NCBI GenBank assembly: GCA_002269645.1
Contig: NIVC01003161.1
Span: forward strand, 81,848-115,916
DNA: 34,069 bases
Direction: 5' to 3'
Origin: Macrostomum lignano
Taxonomy: Eukaryota
Part shown: one piece after another, positions 24,039 through 34,069 of the stretch
Numbering within the stretch: the stretch's first letter is position 1
Layout of the letters: every line of letters starts with the position of its first letter
Translations under genes and position numbers: made by a program
Notes under the pieces: model-generated
Told to the model about the DNA's origin: nothing
The model's input: the letters and a program-made list of their open reading frames with translations, nothing else
The model's database searches: none

Positions 24039-27000
24039 TTATTTATAGCCATAAGGCCTGCTGCCGGCCCCGTACACACGTTTTGTCAGGACGCGCTGAA
24101 ACGTCTTGTCCATACTAACAGTGTGAATGGTACAAGACGCCTTGTCGCGCCTGAACTGAAACTGCGGCAGCTGCAGAGAGCCACCGTGTAGCAGTGTGTT
24201 GCGCAGGTCGTCGCTACGCTCCCGTATCTCCGGAGTCAGGCGAATGCCCTTGCATTTCAAGACCTGGCTCCGGACACCGGCCGCATCCTCGACAATGTAA
24301 GTGTAGAGCTTGGGCCCTCCACTTACAAAGTCGGTCATCCGGCTGCCTGTGGGCACTTCGTCGGTCCACATTCCGAGGCTCGTGCCATGGGGCGGCTCCC
24401 ATTGGCCCTCGGAATGCCGGTAAACGACCCTGTGTGGGGGGAGAGAGAAAAACGAGATAATTAGTTCCACATGCTAACTATTTACATGTAATCAATTCTA
24501 AAAGAGCAATACTTACGAGTCAGTGTCGCAGTAAATGGCCCGTTCGCCGAGCCCCTCCAATGCCTCGTACAGGCGCAGCCGGGCCTGCGTGGTTGTAAAA
24601 ACACCGATTGGCACGTTGGAGTAGCGGAACGGCCGCTGATTAAAGTAGCGGTGCCGGTACTCCAGCAGCATAAACTCGCTGCCAATCGGTTCGCAGGCCT
24701 TGACTTTGAGGTTGGGGTCGGTCAGCCGGGCGAGCCAGTCCTCGTAGCTGGATACAATTTCTGTCGATGTCAGGTCGTCACGCTGACAAAATTTACCCCA
24801 GAGCCTGCGTGTAAAGAAAAGCTACTGTTAGTAGAAGAAGAAATCGTTTAAAAATCAATTTATGAATACTTACGAATTCAAAAAGATTTTCGCTACAAAG
24901 CGAAGTCCTGGGTTGGGCTCGACCTTGTCCAGCGTGACGCCCTCCTTTGCGTAGAAATCGGCAATATAGGCGGCCTTGTCTTCATCTGACATGCCGGGGG
25001 AGCCGCTCGACTCAGCCTTCAATTTGAGGAAGGTGCTGACATAGTCACATAGTCCAGTAGGCCAGCGCGTGCACCACCTGCAGCCGGTAGCCCAACTGGA
25101 AGGCCTTTCGCAGCTCCGGCGTGGCCCAGGTGCCAGTCAGCGCTCGCTCCTCGTCTGAGTGGTCGCAGCAGCCGCTGCACTGCTGCTCCATACAGGTGCG
25201 GCAAAGCCCAAAAAGAGATTCTTTTGCACCCTGTAGGGCAGCAGCGGAATATGCAAATCTGACGGCGGCAGCACTGTCACTTTGGCAATGCCAAAGTAGC
25301 TGGCCAGCGCGTCAGAATCGAGCACTTGCGGCGTCGGGTGGTTCACCGGGTGGCCAATCGGGTACGGGTCTTTCGACTGCACCGTCGGGTACAGAGAGAC
25401 CTGCCAGTTGAAATAAAACATTATTTTTCATAAACTGTATTTTTGCAAAATATTCTACTACATTAGTAGTATCACTACTCACCACATCCCGATATTTGAG
25501 AGTCTCAGTCTCGCTGGCCACAGCATGCGGGATAAAACACTCTACGCGGCCGCCGTAGAGCGCATCTTCCATCTTGAGCGGAGCGCGCAGATGTGCAGTT
25601 GCGGCAATGAAATCGGCCTGCGATGCCAATACAGTGTCGTATTCGTGCTCCCAAATGACTCGAACACTGTAATTGTGCCGCTCCAACTCGCGAGTGAACC
25701 ACTCAGTCTCGTGGCGGATATGGCTCAGAGGCTGCCGTTTGAGCGGGTGGACAACATCCTGATCGGGCATGCACTGCTCGCAGCCATGGTAGAAACAGCC
25801 ATGAAACTGCAAGACAGTGTTGGTGGCCTCATCAAAGCCGTCCACCTTGCGGCCGAGAATGACCGCCTCACCGCCAGTCGAGTCGCAGGTTCGCAGCCGC
25901 CCACCAAATTCGGTGGCATTCAAATAGGCCAGCCACTTGCGCGCCTTGAATGACTGCTGGTCGGCCTGCCGGGCAATCACGCCGACCGAGTTGGGCTCCA
26001 TAAACCGGGTGGTGAAAACGGCCATTGCTAAACTGGCAATCGTATTGGCCTGTACAAATGGTTCCAGGCCGTCGCAAATGTCACCAATTATTGCCCTGTA
26101 CTTGATGCAGCCCTCGCGAAGCAGGACTGTGTCGCTCAAACAATAATCGAGATACTCCCGATTAAAGTTGAACAACTCGCCCTGTCGCGAGGCTAGCCAA
26201 GCACAGATGGAGCCGTAATCCTTGTTTGTCTTGCCGCCATAATAATCAATAGTCGGGTAGGGGCCCACGTAGTTCCAATTAGCCGGCTTGTTGAACTCGT
26301 GGGGAAAGGTCCCCTTGGCCAGCTTTGTGTCCTCGAGCCCCAGAGCTTTGGGGAATTGCGCAAGCGGGATTGGTATAAAATTAAACGAATCTTTAAATAC
26401 CAATTTATCAACCGTCATGCTCATTAGCCGGCTGCCCTGGAACAGTACTTGGGGCCGCTTCTTGGCCAGGCCGTTGAGTAGAGCGCCAAGCAGTAAAAAC
26501 GAATCGTAGCCTGATGCATTATGCGCGACAACAATGGCGCCGCCTCGGAATGTGGTGCTTAGCCAGGCGAAAAAAGCATTCAGCGAGGCCGGGCCCACAG
26601 CCACAAAATCGGCCATTTGGCAGGCGCAGTCTGAAGGGCTGACGCAATTGGAGAATTCCTTCCCCAGATCGCGGCCAGTCAGACAATTGGCAGTGCTATG
26701 CAGGCCATTGCAGAGGCGGCAAGTCTCGCGCGGAAATGCCCGGCCGGAACAGGTCTCGCAACACGTGACGGCAGTCACCAGATGCACGTGATGCTGCTTC
26801 TCCTCATCCGTGTATGTTTCCGTATCGTAGAACACGTACGGCATAGTTGAAGCTTTCACTTTGGAAGCCTTGACGAAGCACAAATGCGAGCCGGCCTCGT
26901 CATACTGTTTACACAGTGGGCACTTGACATGGCCGCACTTGTGTTCCGGCTCCTTTTGCCCGACTTTCATCTCCTCCAAATATCCGCATTTGGGGCAGAC

Positions 27001-28061
27001 TCGGACAGAGTCGCAGCGCGACCGCCCAGCCCGGTTTTTCCGGCGGTGGTTGTCAAAACACTGCTGATTGTAACAATTCAATCCGCAGTCTGGGCAGCGC
27101 TTGTAGTCACGCTGCAGGCTCTTGCAATTGGAGCCGGGCACTTTACACTGAGGGCAGGTGTTGGAGCACTTGTGTTCTCCAGACACGCAGTCGTACGGCT
27201 GCTGGCAGCGGTCACAATAGCGACGGGCACCGAAAAATGGCGGCACCTTGCACACCGCGTTAGTGCTCGCCAATTAGGTGCAAATTCAGCACTGTGCTGC
27301 CTGGTAGGGCGTACACACATGTATTGCCCTCCTCGGCACTGTACACACGAACGCCGAAATCCCGGCCTGGTGACTGGGCGTTCAGGACAGCCAACAGTTG
27401 GGGGAGCATGTCAACCCCGAAAGGCCCGTCCTGTGCAATGGTTGATAAAGACTAAAACATTTGTATATTAATAAAAATGCAAATTAAAATGTGCAAGATT
27501 ATTTTTTACTCACCGAATACAATTTAGCAGCAATCTGAAGCTCCCCAGTCAGCTTCTTCTGCATTGTGGAGTCGGCCTTGACGGTTTGCCATGTAGTCCT
27601 AGTAATGGCCTTGGCCTGCAGATCGGCGAAAGCCTTGGCCACCACCAGCGCCCTGATGAGGCAACGCTTGTCGCTGTTGGCGATGACGACATAGCTGTTG
27701 CCCATAGCATGCCTGGCCTGAATATGCTTTTCCGCCGCATCTAGGCTGCCGCAGCCGCCCCGCGGAACCCAGGCCTTGAGCAAAAACAATTTAAAGTTGT
27801 TACCCAAGACGCTGGAGTCCGACTGCAGAACCTTGTTGATATGTTTAAATATCAGCTCTGCAGTGAAGCGGCTGCGGCGGACGGGCGGGACATTGATGGC
27901 GAGCATCATATTGTCCGCCGTCAGCTTAGATGCGACGAAATCATCTGCCCGCAGGTCCTCACAAAGTGTAGAAATTACTTCTGTGAATGTGGCGCGAATA
28001 TCAGTGGTATCGGTGAATGATACCACATACTCATACCCTGCGGCTCTAAATTTAGGCAGGG
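24039..28061 (-). pseudogene. polB: Polinton/Maverick/adintovirus-type protein-primed family B DNA polymerase, spliced and frame-disrupted. Exons 28061(or 28037)-27514, 27430-25483, 25400-24874, 24804-24517, 24429-24039
   Basis: ExoI FYDTET, ExoII AHNASGYD, ExoIII YCLSDT. Pol motif A YRDV|VSLYP, motif B KIFLNS|LWGKF, motif C YCDTDS|VV, and C-terminal FVSGGPKLY...KCKG. Joining four GT-AG introns (83, 82, 69, 87 bp) restores these motifs. Lesions lie near 27262, 25212 and 25050. Confidence 0.9.
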
Positions 28062-28171
28062 CTTTCGCCCCGCCAAGATGCGCAATGAAGCCCGAAAAAA
28101 TGAAGGGTTTTGAAATTAGAATTGCGAGAGGCGGCGGGTGTATGACTCATGAAATAAAATCAACTCTTTAC

Positions 28172-28222
28172 CATCGCCTTCGACAGTGTCGGGCTGGGGC
28201 GGGGGTTGAAATTGAGCCAAAT
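28172..28222 (-). CDS. Putative 51-nt symmetric (phase 1-1) exon 2 of the polB gene
   Basis: Acceptor TTTTATTGCAG|, then (D)LAQFQPPPQPDTVEGD, then donor G|GTAAAG. Phases match both neighbouring exons. Confidence 0.45.
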
Positions 28223-28261
28223 CTGCAATAAAATGCGCATGGTGACTAAAATTCTGACCGC

Positions 28262-28670
28262 TTGGAATTTTACAACTGTCAAAAATTTTTTGATTGATTG
28301 CCTGCAGCAGCAGCAATTTTATCGCCCCACCCCAAGCAACAAAAATCGGCGAGTTGTAAAAACCCCAACTCGGCACGTTCCGACACGTAGCAACAAAAGA
28401 AATGTGGGGTTGATTGAACCCCGCTTCGAATTTTAGGCTGTCAAAAATGTTTGATTGATGACCCTGATAACACTGATCCTGCCGCAGCAGACATTGTAAA
28501 ATTTAAGAAAACCCCCTATCAGCACGTGCCTCCATTGTGCCCCCTTGACACCTAGCAACAATACCGCGCGGTCGCTTTTGGATTTTTAAAGCTGTCATAA
28601 ATGTCTGATTAATAACCCTCACTGTAGCAGCCAAGTTTTATTGCTGCCAAAACCCCTACAATTACCGGTA
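28262..28670. repeat. Three diverged tandem units of about 160 bp
   Basis: Anchor GA(A)TTTT...CTGTCA.AAAT.T.TGATT at about 28265, 28428 and 28580, each followed by GCAGCAG-like and AAAACCCC blocks. Confidence 0.6.
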
Positions 28671-29223
28671 CAGCGGTGATTACATCATCATGCCCAAAAT
28701 CGGGGGTTGATTTTATCACTGCCGCCAGAATACCGGCCTGCCCACCCCGCTGAGTCACGTTCGCGCTGCAGGATTGCTGTTTTTGCTTCTCTCTAGTTCA
28801 AGGATTAGTCACATAACCCCTGAAATTTTATGACTATCCTCTACAGGCATTATCCGGCTATACTGCTGCTGCTGCGGATATTCTCTAAAACTCTGTTATT
28901 TCAACAGGCCTGAATTTGAGAAATCCAGTTCCTCCCTTTACTTCAACATCTATGTCAAGAGGAAATTCAGAAATTTTAAGTCAAAATGAATGTTAAAGAT
29001 GAAAAGCAGCTGTGGTTTCAAAGAAAGCCCATATTTCAACTAGCGAAAAAATTTGCAAATCACACAAATGCTAAAGCAATTATACAGCCCTATTTTTCTG
29101 AATTCAGATTTTGCAAATGCTAAAAGCATAGTTTTACACACGCAGAGACTCACCTAGCGGGCGTCCCCTCTTTGCGGCCGGAGGCTGATGCTGTTGTTGC
29201 TGTTGCTGCTGCTGCTGCTGTTG

Positions 29224-32200
29224 TTGTTGTTGTTGTTTTGGTGGTACGCGCCCAGGCAGAGCTAAGGGCAGTGTCTGGCCAGCGCTATCAACCCGAGGGG
29301 GTCGGCGGAAATGCTGCTGATGTCTGTCGTGGGTCCTCCAAGAAGGCGGAGCCTGGTGCCAGCGAGAGCTGGGCAGTCAAGCCAGTGTTTCAGGTCATCG
29401 CAGGGATGGCCGCAGCGGTGACATGCCGGGTCGACGGCCGGGTCGACAATGCTGCGATACGCGTTGAAAAGAGTGCAGTGACCTGAGCGTAAGCGCGCAA
29501 GAAGCACCGCATCGGCACGGTTGGTGATGGAGTCCTCTTCCAATTGACGGTTGAGAAGCCGGTACGCGTGCCGGGTGCGCTCGTGGCGTATCGGGGGATC
29601 GAGGACGGATCTTCTGATGACGTTTTTGGCGCTGTGGATGCTGATCTGACTAGCGGGAGACACGAGCGTGGTGGCCTCTTTGGCTGCTTGGTCGGCCAGC
29701 TCGTTGCCAGGAATATTCTGGTGGCCCGGAACCCACTGCCAGGTGATTTCGGCAGATGCAGTAGGTAGTGCAGATCTGATTCTGGGGTTGCCGCTGGCCA
29801 GAGCGCGGAGCATAGATTGGCTGTCGGAGCAGATGTTGGTAGCCGCGGTGAGAGCAGCTTGGTTGATCCAGCCGATGGCGAGAGAGGCGACGCGAAGCTC
29901 CTCTTCGAACGAGGATGTGGAGGGCGCGCCGCGCTGTTGAAGAGTCGCCAGGATGATAGGGTGGGCTGGGTCACCGGTCGTGACGATGGCTGAGGCGCCG
30001 CCATTGGTCGTGCCGCCTGATGCCGAGCCGTCGCAGTAGATGGTGATCAGGCCTGGGAGGTGGCGGATAGTGTCGATGGCCGTGGCTGTGCGCGCGGGAC
30101 CGGGTTCCGGCAACGCCATGTCGACACGCACGTCGGTAGAGAAAGGGTCCCAAGGCGGCGGACGAGCAGTGCAGATCATGGCGCGCGGCGTGACCGAGCT
30201 AGCTATGAGTGGCAGCAGGTCGGTGACGTGGTTCCGCCAACTGTTCCTGCGTAGCCTGTGCGCTGTGTTACCAGTGGCGGCAATGCGGCACGGGTGAGAA
30301 TCCGGGAGGCGCTGAGCTCTTTCGAAGGCCGTCAGGCATATAACATTGCTACCAGTGCGGACGGAGCAGATGCCAGCTTCCAGCCTAAGGGCCTCAACCG
30401 GTGTCGTGCGGTGTTGTCCTGTGACAATACGAAGAGCTGCGTTCTGCGCTCTCTCCAGCTGTTGAAACGCGGATTCAGAGAGCCAAGGGTGCCAGGCCGG
30501 CGCTGCTAAGTTAATGATGCTAAGTTGCATGGCACGGTAAATGCGGATCAGGAGTTTTTTGGACCAACCCCATTCCTTGGAGGCCAGGCAGGCGAGGAGA
30601 CGGCAACGGGAAGTGGTCCGATTGCACACGTGCTCCAGATGGCTGCGGAAACTCAGAGTGCGGTCCAGTGTGAGGCCCAGCAGCCGAGGCGTTGGATTGT
30701 GCCGCAGGTTCCGGCCTTCGATAGAGATAGCCGGGGACCAGGCGGCTTCGCTGGTGTCCGTGGAGAAAAAGGCGGCCTCGCTTTTGTCTGGGTTTAGGAC
30801 CATTTTGTGCTCATTGCTCCAGCGGGCCACGTTGTCGAGTGCTCTTTGCACAGCGCGTTGAGCCTCTAGCTTGTTGCGGTGGCGGGCGCGGAGGGCGATG
30901 TCGTCGGCATACATGGAGATCTCTGCCGGCGGGTTGACCACGTCATTGACCGTGTCAATGAAAATAAGGAAGAGAAACGGAGCGATGACCGATCCTTGCG
31001 GGAGGCCCTGGCGCATGATAACCGGTGAGCTGCGAGGACCGTGGAGTTGCACGCGGGCAATGCGATGGTGCAGAAAGGCCGCAGTCCATTTTATAAAGAC
31101 AAGAGGGACGCGTTTGCGTGCCATAACGGTGATGAGGCGCTCACGCCATACCTTGTCAAGGCTTTACAGAAATCAAGCAGAGCAATGATCGTGCGTTCAG
31201 ATGGTTTGAGGTTCATCCCGTCGCTGATGTCTTGGGTGACTCTCAGGAGCTGATCCTCGCAGGAGTAGTTGGCCCGAAACCCCGCCTGGTTCGGGGAGAT
31301 CCAGCCGTGGCGCTCAGCCAGGTGGTGCAATCTAGTGACCAGGATGCGCTCGAGCAGCTTGACAATACAGGATGTGAGGCTGATGGGGCGAAAGGCCGCG
31401 ATGTCCCGAGCTGACTTTCCAGCCTTGAGCAGGGGAATAATAATCGCGGTGCGCCAGGATTGAGCGACGGCCGCGTGCTGGAAGGACCAGTTGAAGAGAC
31501 TAAGCAGCTCTGCGCGGGCGAGCGGGCCAAGGGCCTTAATGAACCGAGGCGTGACCTCGTCGGCGCCAGCAGCGCCGTTAGCACGCTGGTGTTGTATGGC
31601 GGAGTCCAGTTCCTGCTCGGTGATGGCGGCGTATCCGTCGTGGGTCGAACCTGGGAGCGGAAGGGGAAGCCGAAGGATGGCTTTGGCTTCTCGGATAGTA
31701 GCGCGATCCGAATGGGAAATGTGGTACCTGCTGACAGAGGCGTACTGCTTGGCAAAGGCGTTGGCTTTGTCTCTAGGGTCTGTTAACACTTTGTTGCCGA
31801 CCTGGAGGGCCTCATTAGGGCAGTTGGAGTCCGGAGTGCCGTTAAGGCTGCGGATGAACTTCCACGCCTTGTTCGAGTTGGGCTCTTTCTCAAGATCGGT
31901 TATCGTGTCACGCCAAGCAGCCTCTTTCGTTGCCCTGGCAATTTTGTGAACGTTGGCGCAGGCGCTGAGCCAATCTTCTCTATTCTCGCCAACGGAGCGC
32001 CTGAGGCGGTTACGGAGCTTAATCGCCGCTTTGAGTTCAGGGGTGAGCCAGGGACGCGGTCTGTGCGAGGTACGGACTTTGCCGATGCAAAGGTTTGCCG
32101 CTTGCATGACTATATCATTAAAACGTTTGGCTCTGGCGTCAAAGGTAAGATGCTCTTTGTGAAGGGCTTTAAATTTGTCCTCGACGACCGTTTGGAAAGC

Positions 32201-32520
32201 ATTCCAGTCGACCCCTTGTTTGCGCCATATGAGACGGCTTTGGGCCTTAGGCAAGGTCCTAACCTTGAGGTCAAGGCGGATCACAATCGGCGTGTGATCA
32301 CTGCCGAGGTCATCGGAGACTTGCCAGGTGCATTTGCTAGCCAGCTTTGAGGAGGCGAAGGACACATCCGGTGAGCTTTCGCCACCTGTGGCTTTATTGA
32401 CTCTGGTGGGCGAGCCGTCGTTAAGGATTTCCAGTTGCGAGTCGATGGACCAGTCCAGGAGCGTGGAGCCTCGTTCGTCCTGGGGCTGTATAGGGTCCCA
32501 GGCCGGAGAGTGCTCTGTGC
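29224..32520 (-). mobile_element. 5'-truncated non-LTR retrotransposon (I-group-like: APE remnant, RT, RNase H, C-terminal zinc knuckle) with (CAA)n tail
   Basis: APE C-terminal half HSPAW...RG...LNDGSPT...PDVS...DLGSDH. RT motifs FRPISLTS, QAGFR, GLPQGSVIAP, YADD. RNase H IYCDGS...SDSQS...WVPGH..IPGNELAD. Zinc knuckle CHRC...HWLDC. 20-bp TSD at 29204-29223 and 32521-32540. Confidence 0.93.
29262..32512 (-). pseudogene. LINE ORF2 (endonuclease remnant-RT-RNase H) with a single -1 frameshift near 31158
   Basis: ORFs 31091-32365 and 29262-31124 join as LDFCKA(F)DKVWRE if one T is restored in GCC-TT-GAC. Confidence 0.88.
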
Positions 32521-32870
32521 TGCTGCTGCTGCTGCTGTTGTGAGGGGCCTGCTCGCCCCCACAAGGCTGAAATTGCTGCTTCAGCGGCCGAACGTTTTGA
32601 TGCCATGCTTCTGCTGCTGCTGCTGTGCTACTGCGATTGCGGCTGATGCTGCTGTGATTGCGACTGTGACTGCTGATGCTTGCGGTTTCTGATGCTGCTG
32701 CCGTTTGCTGATGTTGTGACTTCTGCTGTTGTTGCTTCTTCTGCTGCTAGCTGTGCTGATGCTGCTGCTGTGTTGCCGCTGTTGCAGGCTGATGCTGTTG
32801 AAGCAGTTGATGCTGCTGTTGTGGCTTCTGCTGCTGCTGGCTGCTTTTGCTGATGCTGCAGCAGCAGCTC
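32521..32870. repeat. CAG/CAA-rich low-complexity tract
   Basis: Cryptic (CAG/CAA/CAT)n on the minus strand. No long consistent frame upstream of ATG 32606. Confidence 0.8.
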
Positions 32871-32961
32871 TCACCCGCTTTATATACCCTGCGAGAGGGA
32901 GGATGGGGTAGGGGCACGAGAGGTGTGCGTGATTTTCTTTCCCGGGTCTATATTTTCTAGA

Positions 32962-33770
32962 TTAGTGTACGATTGTACACTCGGTTCCGCATTTGGTATA
33001 GAAAAGTTGGGGGTCGAAAATACCCACCAATTCTTTTCTCATGCGGTATTTTATTGGATCTGAGCGGAGCCACCCAACCAGCATTCTCGCAGGAGTGAAA
33101 ACTGCTGCTCCGCCAGAGTACAGTCTCTTAATTAGGAAGACCGCTTCCTCTTGCAGCATGTCTTTTCGACTTGAATTGGATAGAAAACGGTGTTTATTCA
33201 AAAGACAATACCTTGGCGGACCAATAATAGCTAAATACAGATGAAAAATATGAAAGATGACTTCTGTGGTTTTTAAGGCCCGCCGGTCTCTGCGAGAAAA
33301 TGGTTGTTAAAAATCGCTGTATCAATTTAAGAACCTGGGAGAAATGGGGCTTGTGTGCAAAGCATCTGATTGACAGAGGCTCGGGGAAGAGAAATAGTCG
33401 ATGAAAAGCTCTTGCCATCATCCAAAATATCCATCAAAGAGTAATAAAGGTGACAGCCCCTGTCGCAAGCCAAATCAGAGACAGAGTTTTCTACTTCTGT
33501 TTACGTAATGTTTAGGGATGGACCTGGGGTTATAGGGACAGAGAGTCAGTTATGGCATTTACGCGGTAGTAAAGAATTGCCTTGGTGAGGCTTGGGTAGG
33601 TGTTGTTCTCTCCATATTGGCGAACATTAATAGTCCTGGGTTGAATTTTGAATATGGCTAGAATGTATAGCGGCCGGAGAATCGTTGAATTGAAGGGTGA
33701 ATCAACATGCAAAGTATGCAACAAAACCGATTCAGTGCATCTAAAAGAGGCTGTTGTGAGCTTCAGAACT
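32962..33770 (-). other. Possible degenerate spliced coding region of unknown identity
   Basis: Protein-like segments LHVDSPFNST...YYRVNAITD, DLACDRGCHLYYSLMDILDDG...QAPFLP and (A)IIGPPRYCLLNKHRF...CGTECTIVH. A phase-compatible CCAG|GT...TTTAG| intron lies near 33336-33232. One stop and one frameshift are needed upstream. Confidence 0.3.
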
Positions 33771-34069
33771 GAGAATAACGTTTAAAATAGCATCAATGGC
33801 ATGATGTAGTAATCGAAATCAATTGAATGCTGAAAACTTTAGGTTTAATAGGGTAATTGCAGACTGTGTTTTTAGCCCCAATTTTTACAGTGTCTATAGA
33901 ATATTTCCCCAGCTTCTTGGACAATGTACATGCCTATTTGAATGACAAAACAACATTTTTTGATGGTATATTAGCTAAAATTATGATTTCTATTGATAAA
34001 ATGGCAGATTTTGATCCATAAAGTAAGCATTTTAACGTTAAAAATCGAAAAATGAGGAAAACTCGTGTT

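Larger units (their letters stand above)
29154..32606 (-). pseudogene. Putative first coding exon of the polB gene (32606-32521 joined to 29203-29154), interrupted by the LINE
   Basis: Removing the LINE and one TSD gives ATG-MASKRSAAEAAISALWGRAGPS-Q11-HQPPAAKRGRPL, ending at a consensus donor G|GTGAGT (29153). An upstream acceptor TCTCGCAG| lies at 32889. Confidence 0.55.

Noticed and set aside
25312-27273. 653-aa ORF taken as a complete protein
   Set aside because: Its TTG start is created by a frameshift and its C-terminal tail is read-through of intron 25401-25482 and into the next exon in the wrong frame. It is the main part of one exon of a larger gene.
28206-28436. 76-aa plus-strand ORF in the 160-bp repeat region
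   Set aside because: TTG start, AT-rich, and the frame is not maintained in the sister repeat units.
32581-32874. 97-aa Ser/Ala/Gln-rich ORF
   Set aside because: GTG start in a CAG-type low-complexity tract where all frames look alike. More likely the 5' UTR of the ATG at 32606.

Overview
Eukaryotic (animal) genomic DNA: AT-rich non-coding sequence, GC-rich exons, spliceosomal introns filled with minisatellites. This style resembles the flatworm Macrostomum, but that is inference only. Left third: first coding exon of PA2G4/EBP1 (minus strand, missed by the ORF track), several hAT-type MITEs with 8-bp TSDs, and a 2.3-kb internally deleted Ty3/Gypsy (Mag-like) LTR element with LTRs, PBS, PPT and TSD intact. 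Middle: a 3-exon OATP/SLCO transporter gene and a 2-3-exon orphan secreted protein gene. Right third, all on the minus strand: a LamG/ConA-like coding fragment, a Polinton/adintovirus-type protein-primed DNA polymerase B (pPolB), a 5'-truncated RT+RNase H LINE and a degenerate unknown spliced ORF. The most notable result is the pPolB. It is split by at least four clean GT-AG introns, three of them inside catalytic motifs. It probably has two more 5' exons, and the first of these (polyQ + KRGRP) can be rebuilt in frame by removing the LINE and one copy of its 20-bp TSD. No integrase, capsid, ATPase or terminal inverted repeat was recognised. The copy carries at least three frame-disrupting lesions, which may be real or may be assembly errors. 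All analysis was by eye; no database searches were run.
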